From Candidatus Krumholzibacteriales bacterium (GTDB lineage: Bacteria > Krumholzibacteriota > Krumholzibacteriia > Krumholzibacteriales > WJIX01), in assembly GCA_046483305.1 (NCBI GenBank), contig JAWODM010000063.1:1-31688 (forward strand): a DNA stretch of 31,688 bases, given 5' to 3'. Position 1 is the first letter of the stretch; each line of letters opens with the position of its first letter. The notes beneath the pieces are model-generated. The model saw only the letters and a program-made list of their open reading frames with translations, searched no databases and was not told the DNA's origin. Below, in pieces: positions 17,210 to 26,249 of this stretch. Position numbers and translations under genes: made by a program.

Positions 17210-17912
17210 AAAATTGCCTCAACCCTAACTGTCCGAGTGCCCCTTTTCCGATAACCCTGGCAAAAAAACGATCTATTCTCTCTATGGCCATTCCACCGAA
17301 GGGGAGAAACAGGGTTCCCGTATATTCCTCCAGCTTCAACCCCGCTTCCCGAAGCATCTCCCTGACTTCGGACGGCGCCAGGAATCGGTGGGGCCCCTCC
17401 CCGTGATGAAATTTCAGGATATTATTAACCACGCTGGTCCATTCAGCAGCGGAGGGAGGAAGACTCATTACCAGTACCCCGCCCGGCACCAGAACCCGTT
17501 CTATCTCTTGAAGAAACAGCAGCGGATCCGGTACGTGTTCAAGGGTCTCCAGGGACATTACCACATCGAAACTCGAATCGGGAAACGGCAGGGAATGGAG
17601 TGACGTCTGAACGTGAAGCTCCCCCGGATTCAGTCTGGTGCTTGCCTTGAGCATCTCCAGAGACAGCTCGGCGTTGACCAGCCGGAAATTGCCGAAAGCT
17701 TTCCTGAGAAAGGGAACGCCGTCCCCCACGCGGGACCAGATATTCAGTACCGTCGAGCTCTCGGTGACCGGAAGCCTCTTGATAGCTTCCCTGAAACGCT
17801 GGGTATGAACCCGGTTCATCTTATCATTGGCATGTTCATACTCATGCTCGGCCAGCTGGTCCCAGAAGGCCTCAACTTCCTCCATTCTGAAACTGTTGCT
17901 GAAACGGCTCAT
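17187..17912 (-). CDS. Class I SAM-dependent methyltransferase-fold protein (Methyltransf_11-like)
   Basis: LPFPDSSFDVV, ETLEHVPDP, RVLVPGGVL. Motif I is atypical (VLNIWSRVG). Confidence 0.8.
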   Translation of the reverse strand: MSRFSNSFRMEEVEAFWDQLAEHEYEHANDKMNRVHTQRFREAIKRLPVTESSTVLNIWSRVGDGVPFLRKAFGNFRLVNAELSLEMLKASTRLNPGELHVQTSLHSLPFPDSSFDVVMSLETLEHVPDPLLFLQEIERVLVPGGVLVMSLPPSAAEWTSVVNNILKFHHGEGPHRFLAPSEVREMLREAGLKLEEYTGTLFLPFGGMAIERIDRFFARVIGKGALGQLGLRQFYVCRTAG

Positions 17913-17972
17913 AGGAACCTCTTCCGTCTGAAGGGGCTTGCCGCTGACACCAGCGATCTTGCTCCTGGTCTC

Positions 17973-18833
17973 TTAATCGAATCTCCTCTCCCGCCTTATC
18001 GATGAAATCTGATCGGCGAGAATCCCCATGAAGAACAGAATTATGCTGGAGAGAATAACCAGGATTCCGGTGTTGGGCGCTCTGCCGTAAACGGCAATTC
18101 CATAAAAGGTAAAAGCAGTTCCTGCCAGCAGAAGGAACATGGACGCGGGTATGAATACCTTGAGGGGATTGAACAGAACTATCACCCTGATAATAAGAAG
18201 AAAGGCCTTGTATCCGTCCCTGAAGAATTTCACGGAACTTGGCCTTCCCACCCTGGTGTCAGCTTCTATCGGCACGTACTTGACGTTGAAACTCTCCCGC
18301 AGGTAGGCCAGCGTTATGGTAGTGGTAAAAGAGAAGCCGTTGGGGCAGAAATGAATAAAACTTTTCACCGTTTCACGGTAGAACGCCCTGAAGCCTGAGT
18401 TAAGATCGGGGATCTTCATTCCGCTGAGAAAGTTGGCTACCATGGAGAGCAGCTTCTTCCCGGGGGCTCTCACCAGGACATTACCCTTCCTGGCCCCTAC
18501 CACCATATCGTACCTGTCTATATGTTCCAGCAGCTTGTCTATGTCCACTCCGCTGTGCTGACCGTCCGAATCCATCATTACTACAATTTCTCCGGAGGCA
18601 TTTCTTATCCCTGACTTGAGTGACGCGCCGTAACCCTTGTTATAGGGATGTGATACCAGTATCGACCCGTTTTCCTTCACTATTTCGGCAGTCCTGTCGG
18701 TGGAACCGTCGTCTATAACGATCACTTCCCACCCTCTCTCTTCTGCCAGGGGCATTAATTCCATCAGGGTACTCCCCAGCCCCTCCTCCTCATTATAGGC
18801 GGGAATTATTATTGAAACCGTTTTCTCCTGCAT
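17973..18833 (-). CDS. GT2 glycosyltransferase, polyprenol-phosphate glycosyltransferase (DPM1/GtrB-like) with two C-terminal TMs
   Basis: SIIIPAYNEE, IDDGSTD, NKGYG, MDSDGQH, DMVVGAR, IPDLNSGFRAF, followed by two hydrophobic helices. Confidence 0.92.
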   Translation of the reverse strand: MQEKTVSIIIPAYNEEEGLGSTLMELMPLAEERGWEVIVIDDGSTDRTAEIVKENGSILVSHPYNKGYGASLKSGIRNASGEIVVMMDSDGQHSGVDIDKLLEHIDRYDMVVGARKGNVLVRAPGKKLLSMVANFLSGMKIPDLNSGFRAFYRETVKSFIHFCPNGFSFTTTITLAYLRESFNVKYVPIEADTRVGRPSSVKFFRDGYKAFLLIIRVIVLFNPLKVFIPASMFLLLAGTAFTFYGIAVYGRAPNTGILVILSSIILFFMGILADQISSIRRERRFD

Positions 18834-19056
18834 TAAGTCTTCTTTCTATTTCCGGTTATGCAAAACAAACTTCACATCTTGCAATTTCTATTCCTCAATC
18901 CCGGAGACCGAACAGGCGCGGCGCCTTTCTCCGGATATTAAAACAACCGTAGAGTTTATTCAAGACGGATTAACGCCTTAAGAAGGTATTTGCTCTAACG
19001 GCTTAATAATACTATTCTGATACCTGAGATTCAACAAAGTTAAGGGAGGAAATCTT

Positions 19057-20235
19057 ATGCTGAAAGAAAAGATAAAGCAGGCAGGGGAAATTCTTCGTGA
19101 AGAGGGGATTGACCTCTGGCTCACCTTTGTCAGAGAGAGCGAGACCAGCCCCGACCCGGCGCTGGACCTGATTCTTCAGGAAAACTGCACATGGCAGTCC
19201 GCCTTTCTGATTCCGGCCCGGGGCGCCCCCACCGCGATAGTCGGATCCCTGGACAGGGCCCGGATAGAGGCGAAGGAAGCCTACAGAGTAACCGGCTATA
19301 AGGAAGGCATCGGAAAGGCGCTGATAGAATCGATAAGGGAAGCGGATCCTGAAAAAATTGCGGTCAACTATTCTGAAAACGACGTGATGGCGGACGGGCT
19401 GACTCACGGAATGTACCTGATCCTCGAAAAATATCTCAGTGAGGCCGGTTATTCAGAAGCCCTGGTCAGCTCCGAGGGGATAATCTCCGGGCTGAGGGGC
19501 AGGAAGACGGCGGGAGAACTGGAAAGAATAAAAAAGAACATAGCCCTTACCCTGGATATATTCTCCAGGGTAACCGGTATTATCCGCACCGGAATGACCG
19601 AAAAGGAGGTCGCCGAATTCATACTCTCGGAAGTGGACAGAGAAGGAGTAGAGACCTCCTGGGAAAGGTCACAGTGCCCGGCGGTTTTCACCGGCCCTGA
19701 GTCGGCGGGCGCTCATGCCGAGCCGACAGGCCGGAAGATAGAAAAGGGGCATGTCCTTAATATAGACTTCGGAACCAGGATGCTCGGTTACTGCAGCGAC
19801 CTTCAGAGAACATGGTATTTTCTCCGGGAGGGGGAGGGCGACGCTCCCGAAGAAGTAAAGAAACCCTTCTATGTAATCAGAGATTCAATCGCCCTGGCAG
19901 CGGAGAAAATCAGGCCCGGAATGCAGGGCAGAGAGGTAGACTCTCTGGTGCGGAATTATATAATCGATGAGGGTTACGATGAATTCCCCCACGCGCTGGG
20001 CCACCAGGTGGGGCAGAAAACACACGACGGTGCCGGGCTGCTGTGCCCGGAGTGGGAAAGATACGGGAACCTTCCCTATCTGGAAGTCGAAGAACACCAG
20101 GTATATACACTCGAGCCGAGGATAACTATCCCCGGATTTGGCGTAGCGACCATAGAGGAGATCATTGTGGTAAGAAAGGAGGGGGGAGAATTCCTCTCAA
20201 AACCCCAGCGGGAACTGATTCTCATCGACAGATAA
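19057..20235 (+). CDS. Xaa-Pro aminopeptidase / prolidase family (peptidase M24)
   Basis: IDFG, YCSDLQRT, HALGH, HD, LEPRI and IEE metal ligands. RBS GGGAGG. Confidence 0.92.
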   Translation: MLKEKIKQAGEILREEGIDLWLTFVRESETSPDPALDLILQENCTWQSAFLIPARGAPTAIVGSLDRARIEAKEAYRVTGYKEGIGKALIESIREADPEKIAVNYSENDVMADGLTHGMYLILEKYLSEAGYSEALVSSEGIISGLRGRKTAGELERIKKNIALTLDIFSRVTGIIRTGMTEKEVAEFILSEVDREGVETSWERSQCPAVFTGPESAGAHAEPTGRKIEKGHVLNIDFGTRMLGYCSDLQRTWYFLREGEGDAPEEVKKPFYVIRDSIALAAEKIRPGMQGREVDSLVRNYIIDEGYDEFPHALGHQVGQKTHDGAGLLCPEWERYGNLPYLEVEEHQVYTLEPRITIPGFGVATIEEIIVVRKEGGEFLSKPQRELILIDR

Positions 20236-20261
20236 ACAGGATCAGCTTGGGAACCCGGCAA

Positions 20262-20293
20262 AGAAGGGGAAGCCGCCTCCGGCTTCCCCTTCT
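20262..20293. terminator. Perfect 14-bp hairpin between convergent genes (likely bidirectional terminator)
   Basis: AGAAGGGGAAGCCG-cctc-CGGCTTCCCCTTCT, lying between the stops at 20235 (+) and 20318 (-). Confidence 0.8.
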
Positions 20294-20317
20294 GATAACA
20301 GACTGTCCTCTTCAGAG

Positions 20318-21265
20318 TCACTTCACCAGGAACTTGCCATTCTTTATAATCTGTTTGCGCCCAGCGGTAAGGGTTACCTTCTCTACCAGGCCGTCGAAGT
20401 GCCACTTGCTTTTATTCTTTCCCAGGCCGTAGCTGTCCCCGATAGCGAAGTGAACGGTGCCGAAAGCCTTTTCTGCTTCCAGCATATTCCTGCATATCCT
20501 GGCTCCCTTGTTGGTGCCGATCCCGAATTCGCCGATGATGTAACCTGAAGGGTCTTTGCCGATGGTATCCACAATCGCCCTGACTCCCCTGCCCTTGTAA
20601 TCCACCATCTTGCCTTTCTCGAAGACCATGGTCCCTCTCCCCTTCTTGTCGTCGATCAGGCTGATTACCAGCTTGCCGGTAAATGTGCTTTCCACCGGGC
20701 AGGTATAGCATTCGCCCGCCGGCAGGTTGCCGTGCATACCGGCCTTGTCTATCATTCCGTTGTCATTCTCCCAATTCCTACCCTTCACACTGAAGGTGAT
20801 ATCGGTGCCCAGCGGATTGGTTACGTGAACTTCCTCACAGTCCTTCAGCTTCCTTATAACCTTTCCGGTGAGGCTGTTCATTTTTCTGTAGTCTATATTA
20901 ACCAGCCTCTCCATCATGTTCCTGGTAATCCCCGGCATCATTATGATCCGGCCTTTTCTTCTGGTCCCGTTGGCAACCATATAACCCCGGAACGGTTTCT
21001 CCTCAACCCTGGCGTCCAGCATGTACATGGTAGCGTCAGCTTTGCGCATCATGGTTTTGAAAATATCGGTCGGTTCCGTGATCGGCCTGAGCGTCTCGGT
21101 CATCAGGTAGGTGGTTACCTGTCCTCCCTTTTCGCCGGCGTAGTACGCTATCGCCTCGGCGATCTGCATCTTCTTCCTGTCCGTAACCAGAAGAAGATTC
21201 TCACCCTTCCTTAATTTCAGGCAGTCGTTGACCGCCTTCCTGGCGGCTTTCTGTAACCTGTTCAT
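20318..21265 (-). CDS. Aminopeptidase, M29 / thermophilic metalloprotease-like
   Basis: GTDITF, GNLPAGE, IGEFGIGTN, EAEKAFGTVHFAIGD, HFD. Confidence 0.85.
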   Translation of the reverse strand: MNRLQKAARKAVNDCLKLRKGENLLLVTDRKKMQIAEAIAYYAGEKGGQVTTYLMTETLRPITEPTDIFKTMMRKADATMYMLDARVEEKPFRGYMVANGTRRKGRIIMMPGITRNMMERLVNIDYRKMNSLTGKVIRKLKDCEEVHVTNPLGTDITFSVKGRNWENDNGMIDKAGMHGNLPAGECYTCPVESTFTGKLVISLIDDKKGRGTMVFEKGKMVDYKGRGVRAIVDTIGKDPSGYIIGEFGIGTNKGARICRNMLEAEKAFGTVHFAIGDSYGLGKNKSKWHFDGLVEKVTLTAGRKQIIKNGKFLVK

Positions 21266-21434
21266 CCAATCCCTCCCTTTTAATTAAAGTTCATACGAAT
21301 CACATAATCAGCGGAAATACTTAATTTCAATATTTCTCCGACAAGAATATTAACCTGAATACCCGGGTGGTGGCAAGGACTGAAAGACGATCCGGGCAAA
21401 CAGAAGCCAAAAAGGCCAACCTGCCAGACCGCCT

Positions 21435-22499
21435 TTACAACCACCTCTTTCTCCTGAAGAATATTAACATAAGCGCCGCCACCAGTATCATCACCATCCA
21501 GACCCCCGGATAGGCCCAGCTGTATTTCAGCTCCGGCATGTGCTCGAAGTTCATCCCGTATATCCCCGCAATGAAGGTCAGCGGAATGAATATTGTAGCT
21601 ATGATGGTAAGTACCTTCATTACTTCGTTCATGCTGTTGCTGACACTGGACATATAAACATCCTGAAGGCCGGAGACCATATCCCTCATGGTTTCAATGG
21701 TGTCCACCACCTGGATCACGTGGTCGTAGACATCCCTGAGGTATATACGGGTCGATTTATGTACTATTCCCGTTTCTGTTTTCTCCAGGCTGCCGATCAC
21801 TTCCCGCAGGGGCCAGGCTGATCTTCTGAGAAAGATCATTTCTCTCTTTATGGCCCTTATAGCCTGCAGAGTCTTCGGTTCGGCCTTTCCAATCACCAGG
21901 TCCTCCATGGTTTCAAGCCGGTCTCCTACCTTCTCGATGATCCTGAAGTAGTTATCAACGATTATATCGATCAGGGCATAAGCAAGGTAGTCGGCACCCT
22001 GTCTGGTTATCCTGCCTTTACGGTTGCGCAACCTCTCTCTGATAGGGCCGAAAACGTCTCCCTCGCGCTCCTGGAATGATATCACGTAGTTCTTTCCCAA
22101 TATCAGGCTGACCTGCTCGGAGCTTATCTCTTCTCCCTGATCAACATAAATAAGCATCCTGGTGATTACACATAAGTGATCCTCGAACTCCTCCAGCTTG
22201 GGCCTCTGGCCTGTACTCAGAATATCTTCGAGGACCAGCGGGTGGATTCCGAAGTGGGTTCCCAATTCGTCTATCAGCTTCACATCGTGCAGTCCGTCTA
22301 TATTTATCCAGGTAACCGAAGCGCTGTCCCTGAACCGGAAAGTTTCACTGATATCTTCTATTTCTCTTTCCTCCACCTGGTCCGGGCCGTAATCGATAAC
22401 CGTTACCCTGGTCTTCCTGGGATGCGCTTCTCCGTCATATACCAGGGTGCCCGGCGGCAGGCCTGTCTCCTTTTTTCTCTTCCTGAAAATCCTGGGCAT
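21435..22499 (-). CDS. corA: Magnesium/cobalt transporter CorA
   Basis: GLPPGTL, WINIDGLHD, HPLVLEDI, QRPKLE, MNEVMKVLT, FIPLTFIAGIYGMNF, MPEL. Confidence 0.97.
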   Translation of the reverse strand: MPRIFRKRKKETGLPPGTLVYDGEAHPRKTRVTVIDYGPDQVEEREIEDISETFRFRDSASVTWINIDGLHDVKLIDELGTHFGIHPLVLEDILSTGQRPKLEEFEDHLCVITRMLIYVDQGEEISSEQVSLILGKNYVISFQEREGDVFGPIRERLRNRKGRITRQGADYLAYALIDIIVDNYFRIIEKVGDRLETMEDLVIGKAEPKTLQAIRAIKREMIFLRRSAWPLREVIGSLEKTETGIVHKSTRIYLRDVYDHVIQVVDTIETMRDMVSGLQDVYMSSVSNSMNEVMKVLTIIATIFIPLTFIAGIYGMNFEHMPELKYSWAYPGVWMVMILVAALMLIFFRRKRWL

Positions 22500-22829
22500 C
22501 GCGAATCACCTCCCGCGCTGAATAAACTATAATTCACAACTGATAAAATATAAATAAGCGGGATTTCAATCCTCTTTCTGAAGAAAAGAAATGTCACCGT
22601 GCCATAACCGGAATTTTAAATAAAATCGGAAATAATCCCAAGCAGATTATTATTAACCGCATGAAGGCAGGAAGTAAATATCCTGAAAGCTGCATAGCAG
22701 GAACCAGGCGCCGCCGCTTCGCGCCTCCTCCCCTCTGAGACTCTGCCGGGCTGTCCGGTTGTATCCATCGCTATGCACCCGGCCGGCTCCACTCAGCCGG
22801 CTGGAGAAGACATTCCCTTCCCCGGACGC

Positions 22830-25130
22830 TCATTTCAGCAGAACCATCTTCTTCGAGACGGCCTGCCCGCTGACGGAAAGCCTCATGAAATAGATTCCGC
22901 TGGCCAGCTTGAGGCCTCCATCCCCGGTACCGTCCCACCGCACCGAGTGCCTTCCCGGTGTCATGCTTCTGTCCAGTATGGATGCGACTCTCCTTCCGGA
23001 AACATCAAAAACCTCCAGAGTCACCGGTGCCGGGATGGTGCCTCCCACGGTGAACTCTATAGTGGTAACGGGATTAAAAGGATTCGGATAATTCTGCCGC
23101 AGTTCGGTTATATAATCGGGCTCCGGTGTATCGCCGGTGATATCGCTGACCGAGTGAAAGACTATGTTGCTTCCCCTGCTCAGGTGCCCTTCACTATCAA
23201 AAGCTTTCACCTGGTATGCATAGTCGCCTGTTTCAGAGGGTTCTACCACATGGAAAGTATCCCGCACCGATTCCGCCAGCAATCTTTTCTGTTCACAGTA
23301 GGCGGTTGGCGAGACGTCATCGACGTAGATCCCCTCTTCTTCAATATAACTGTCGGTAATGTAGGCGAAGCGGAGATCGATTACCGCGTCCGGGGTAATT
23401 CCGGGAATGTCACAGATGTAAAACCCGGCCTGCACCCACCCCCCTGAATTCCCGGTGATACCGTTACCCCTGTTGTTGCCGCGGGGGTCGTAACTGGTAG
23501 TAATATTCCCGGGAACGGTAGTATAGGTCAGCCCCCGGTCCAGGCTCGCTTCGAGGTAGGCGTAATCCCAGTCCGTTTCGATATCGTACCACACCTGGCA
23601 GCGGAGGGTATCCCCTAGAATGCGCGGATAAACCGTTTCCATTTCCAGATAATTGTTCATGCTGCTCCCCATGCCGGAATAGAAACTGTGTGTGCCGGCG
23701 CTGGAACGGCTGTCGGAGAGGTAAAATCCGCTGGTGTTCCACAGGGTATCGCCGGGCTCGCAGAGGTCTCTGGTTCCCGCCAGCCCCCTGTATTCCGTAA
23801 TCGTGTAACCCGACGGCTGATTGGGGCCGGAGGGAACCGGGCCTGACCATTCCAGCAGGAAGTCGGGATTGGCCAGGGGAGTAACATCGCTCAGCACAGG
23901 AACTTCCGGCCCCATCACGCTGAACGGCTCGTCAGCTCGCCCTATCAGGGTGAGGTTCAGCTCCAGGACCTTGTCAAAGGTGGGCTGTATCAGAGTGTCC
24001 GGCGGGGCAAAACCTCCCTCCTGGTAGGAATTAAGCTCTACGGTAAAGCAGTAGAACCTGTCCTTTTCGGTGGTCTCCCCGTATGCCCAGTCGTCAGTAT
24101 CGCCGTTGGTGGGATAGATAGCCCCGGTTGCCGAACAGCCGGGTAGATAACCGTTGCCTCTCTCCAGAGAGTCGGCGAATGTGGAAAAGAATTCGTGGTC
24201 TTCGGTATATATCGGGCTGTAACCCCAGGGGTACAGTATAAGTTCGCTGTATGAGTGGTATGAGAGGGCCACGCTGAATGAATGTTCCGCGCAGAAATCC
24301 CTGACCGCCTGTGTTTCGGGTTCGCTGAAGGGAGCCGGGCCCCTGTATACAACCGAACCGGTATTCGGCGATGAACCGGTATCGTCGTATCCCCATTTGT
24401 AGCTGTAGTTCCTGTTAAGGTCCACGCCGTAGGTGCCGTCCAGATTGTCCCTGCGGTTCTTCCTCCACCAGTTATACGATTCTCCGCTGTGGTTGAACTG
24501 AACGTATACATGGCCGTCCGGGTTTACCATCGGGACTATCCAGATCTCTCTGCCGTCCACCAGCCCGGTCAGCCGGCTGCTTTCTCCGTAACCGTCAAGA
24601 AGGTATTCTGCCAGGAGCAGCGGGACCTCCACCGACATCAGCTCCCTGGCGTGATGGCACCCCATTATCAGAACCTCCGGTTCATCTTCGTCCACACCGG
24701 CGTTATCAGAGATCTTAATCCCCCTGATCAACCTCCCTTCCACGCTGGTTCCCAGGGTATCCAGCCTGGTAATCTGGGGAAAATTATTTGCCAGAGAGTC
24801 CAGGGCCATTTCCATTTCAGCATAGGTGTGATAATTTCCGAGATTTATGTCCAGCTCCGCGGATGCACGCGGCATCCCCTGCTGGTGAAGAACCTGGTAT
24901 CCGGATGATTCGGAATCGATCCATCTGCGCTGAGAATCATTGACGGCGATGTCGGCTTTCCCGTCCGGATAAACCGCCAGCACATCGATATTTCTTTGAA
25001 TAAGATCTCTGTAGCTGATTTCTCTATTCAGTCTGATCCTGAGAAGGGCGGTGCTGTCTTCGGCAGCCCCGGCGGCAGCAATTATCCCTGCCAGAATCAA
25101 GAAAACGGTTGCCACTGTTAATCTCTTCAA
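22830..25130 (-). CDS. Secreted M14 zinc carboxypeptidase (carboxypeptidase T-like) with immune-inhibitor-A-like beta domain and FlgD-Ig/T9SS-like C-terminal domain
   Basis: HHARE, WRKNR, GVDLNRNY, SYHSY, TVEL; YDIETDWDYAY; C-terminal QNYPNPFNPVTTIEF...LASGIYFMRL...KKMVLLK. Start set to TTG 25130 behind GAGGAG, giving signal peptide LKRLTVATVFLILAGIIAAAGAA. Confidence 0.9.
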   Translation of the reverse strand: MKRLTVATVFLILAGIIAAAGAAEDSTALLRIRLNREISYRDLIQRNIDVLAVYPDGKADIAVNDSQRRWIDSESSGYQVLHQQGMPRASAELDINLGNYHTYAEMEMALDSLANNFPQITRLDTLGTSVEGRLIRGIKISDNAGVDEDEPEVLIMGCHHARELMSVEVPLLLAEYLLDGYGESSRLTGLVDGREIWIVPMVNPDGHVYVQFNHSGESYNWWRKNRRDNLDGTYGVDLNRNYSYKWGYDDTGSSPNTGSVVYRGPAPFSEPETQAVRDFCAEHSFSVALSYHSYSELILYPWGYSPIYTEDHEFFSTFADSLERGNGYLPGCSATGAIYPTNGDTDDWAYGETTEKDRFYCFTVELNSYQEGGFAPPDTLIQPTFDKVLELNLTLIGRADEPFSVMGPEVPVLSDVTPLANPDFLLEWSGPVPSGPNQPSGYTITEYRGLAGTRDLCEPGDTLWNTSGFYLSDSRSSAGTHSFYSGMGSSMNNYLEMETVYPRILGDTLRCQVWYDIETDWDYAYLEASLDRGLTYTTVPGNITTSYDPRGNNRGNGITGNSGGWVQAGFYICDIPGITPDAVIDLRFAYITDSYIEEEGIYVDDVSPTAYCEQKRLLAESVRDTFHVVEPSETGDYAYQVKAFDSEGHLSRGSNIVFHSVSDITGDTPEPDYITELRQNYPNPFNPVTTIEFTVGGTIPAPVTLEVFDVSGRRVASILDRSMTPGRHSVRWDGTGDGGLKLASGIYFMRLSVSGQAVSKKMVLLK

Positions 25131-25216
25131 GATAGTCTCCTCTTTCGTTGAAGCGGAAAGCATGTACTGGAGTAATGTCCGGATCCAGCGGGCAGGATAA
25201 CCCGCAGTCCGGTATT

Positions 25217-25245
25217 ATTTTAACATAAACAGGCCGATTTTTCAA
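25217..25245 (-). promoter_or_regulatory. Putative sigma70 promoter of the M14 peptidase
   Basis: Minus strand TTGAAA, 17 nt, TAAAAT with extended -10 TGn. Confidence 0.55.
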
Positions 25246-25273
25246 TCCTGGCGGGTATGGAAAAACGGCGGTG

Positions 25274-26215
25274 TCAGAACGGCAGGTTTTCCAGGTCGGC
25301 GTTTCCGCCCGAGAGGATAATCCCTATCCTGGACCCCGGGACCTCCCCCCTGCTCTCAAGCAGCGCCCCCAGGGGAAGCGCGGCGGAAGGTTCGACCACC
25401 AGCTTCATCCTCTCCCATATAAGCCTCATGGCGGCAATTATCCCCTGTTCACTTACCCTGACTATTCCCGATACCTTTTCCTTTATTATTCCGAAAGTAA
25501 GTTCACTGAGAGAAGTAAGCAATCCGTCGGCAATGGTTTCAGGATTCTCCGAAGGTATCAGCCGGCCCGATTTAAGAGAGCGGTAGGCATCATCTGCTCC
25601 GGCCGGTTCGGCTGCCATCACGGTGGTGGAAGGAGAAACCCCGCCCGCCGCGATGGCGGTTCCGCTGAGCAGGCCTCCACCGCCGACCGGCGTGATCAGG
25701 GCATCCAGCCCGCTCACTTCCTCCAGAAGCTCCAGGGCTGCGGTTCCCTGGCCTGAGATTACCAGAGGGTCGTCGTAGGGGTGCACGAAGACAGCGCCGG
25801 TTTTGTTTACTACTTCATCCAGCATCTTCTCCCTGGCCTTCAGAGTGGGCTGGCAGAAGTATATATCTGCCCCGTAACCGGATACAGCTTCCTTCTTCAC
25901 TCCGGGAGAGTTTTCCGGCATTACAATATGCGCCCGCACACCCTGCCAGCTGGCCGCCAGGGCCAGGGCGGCGGCGTGGTTTCCGGATGAATGGGTAGCG
26001 AAGTCCGGGCCCTTTTCTCTGGAAAAGACGGCGTTGACCGCTCCCCTGATCTTGAAAGCCCCTGTTTTCTGGAGATTTTCGCATTTGAAGAAAACTTCAG
26101 CTCCGGCCAGACGGTTGATTGACCTGCAGGTGAAGACAGGGGTCCGGTGAATGTAATCCGAAACCCTCTTCCTGGCCAGGCACAGATCTCTGATAGAGGG
26201 TGGAGATTCAATCAT
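25274..26215 (-). CDS. PLP-dependent serine/threonine dehydratase / serine racemase family (fold type II, no ACT domain)
   Basis: FKCENLQKTGAFKIRGA, HSSGNHA, HPYDD, GQGT, PVGGGGLLSG, EPSAA, SGGN. Confidence 0.92.
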   Translation of the reverse strand: MIESPPSIRDLCLARKRVSDYIHRTPVFTCRSINRLAGAEVFFKCENLQKTGAFKIRGAVNAVFSREKGPDFATHSSGNHAAALALAASWQGVRAHIVMPENSPGVKKEAVSGYGADIYFCQPTLKAREKMLDEVVNKTGAVFVHPYDDPLVISGQGTAALELLEEVSGLDALITPVGGGGLLSGTAIAAGGVSPSTTVMAAEPAGADDAYRSLKSGRLIPSENPETIADGLLTSLSELTFGIIKEKVSGIVRVSEQGIIAAMRLIWERMKLVVEPSAALPLGALLESRGEVPGSRIGIILSGGNADLENLPF

Positions 26216-26249
26216 ACTCTAACCTGCCCGGGGCCTGCCGGGGGGGATA

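Noticed and set aside
18901..18934. Nested hairpin CCGGAGA...AGGCG-cgg-CGCCT..TCTCCGG in the divergent GT2/M24 gap
   Set aside because: It is short, has no U-tract, matches no RNA family I know and is plausible by chance. It shares only a few bases with the 22706-22726 hairpin.
22594..22768. Small minus-strand ORFs upstream of corA (MDTTGQPG..., 50 aa; MQLSGYLL..., 33 aa)
   Set aside because: There is no convincing RBS directly before either start and no homology cue, so they cannot be supported as leader peptides.
22830..22832. Selenocysteine read-through at the M14 TGA, which is followed by hairpins
   Set aside because: The protein ends at the normal terminus of this domain type (KKMVLLK), so TGA is a true stop.
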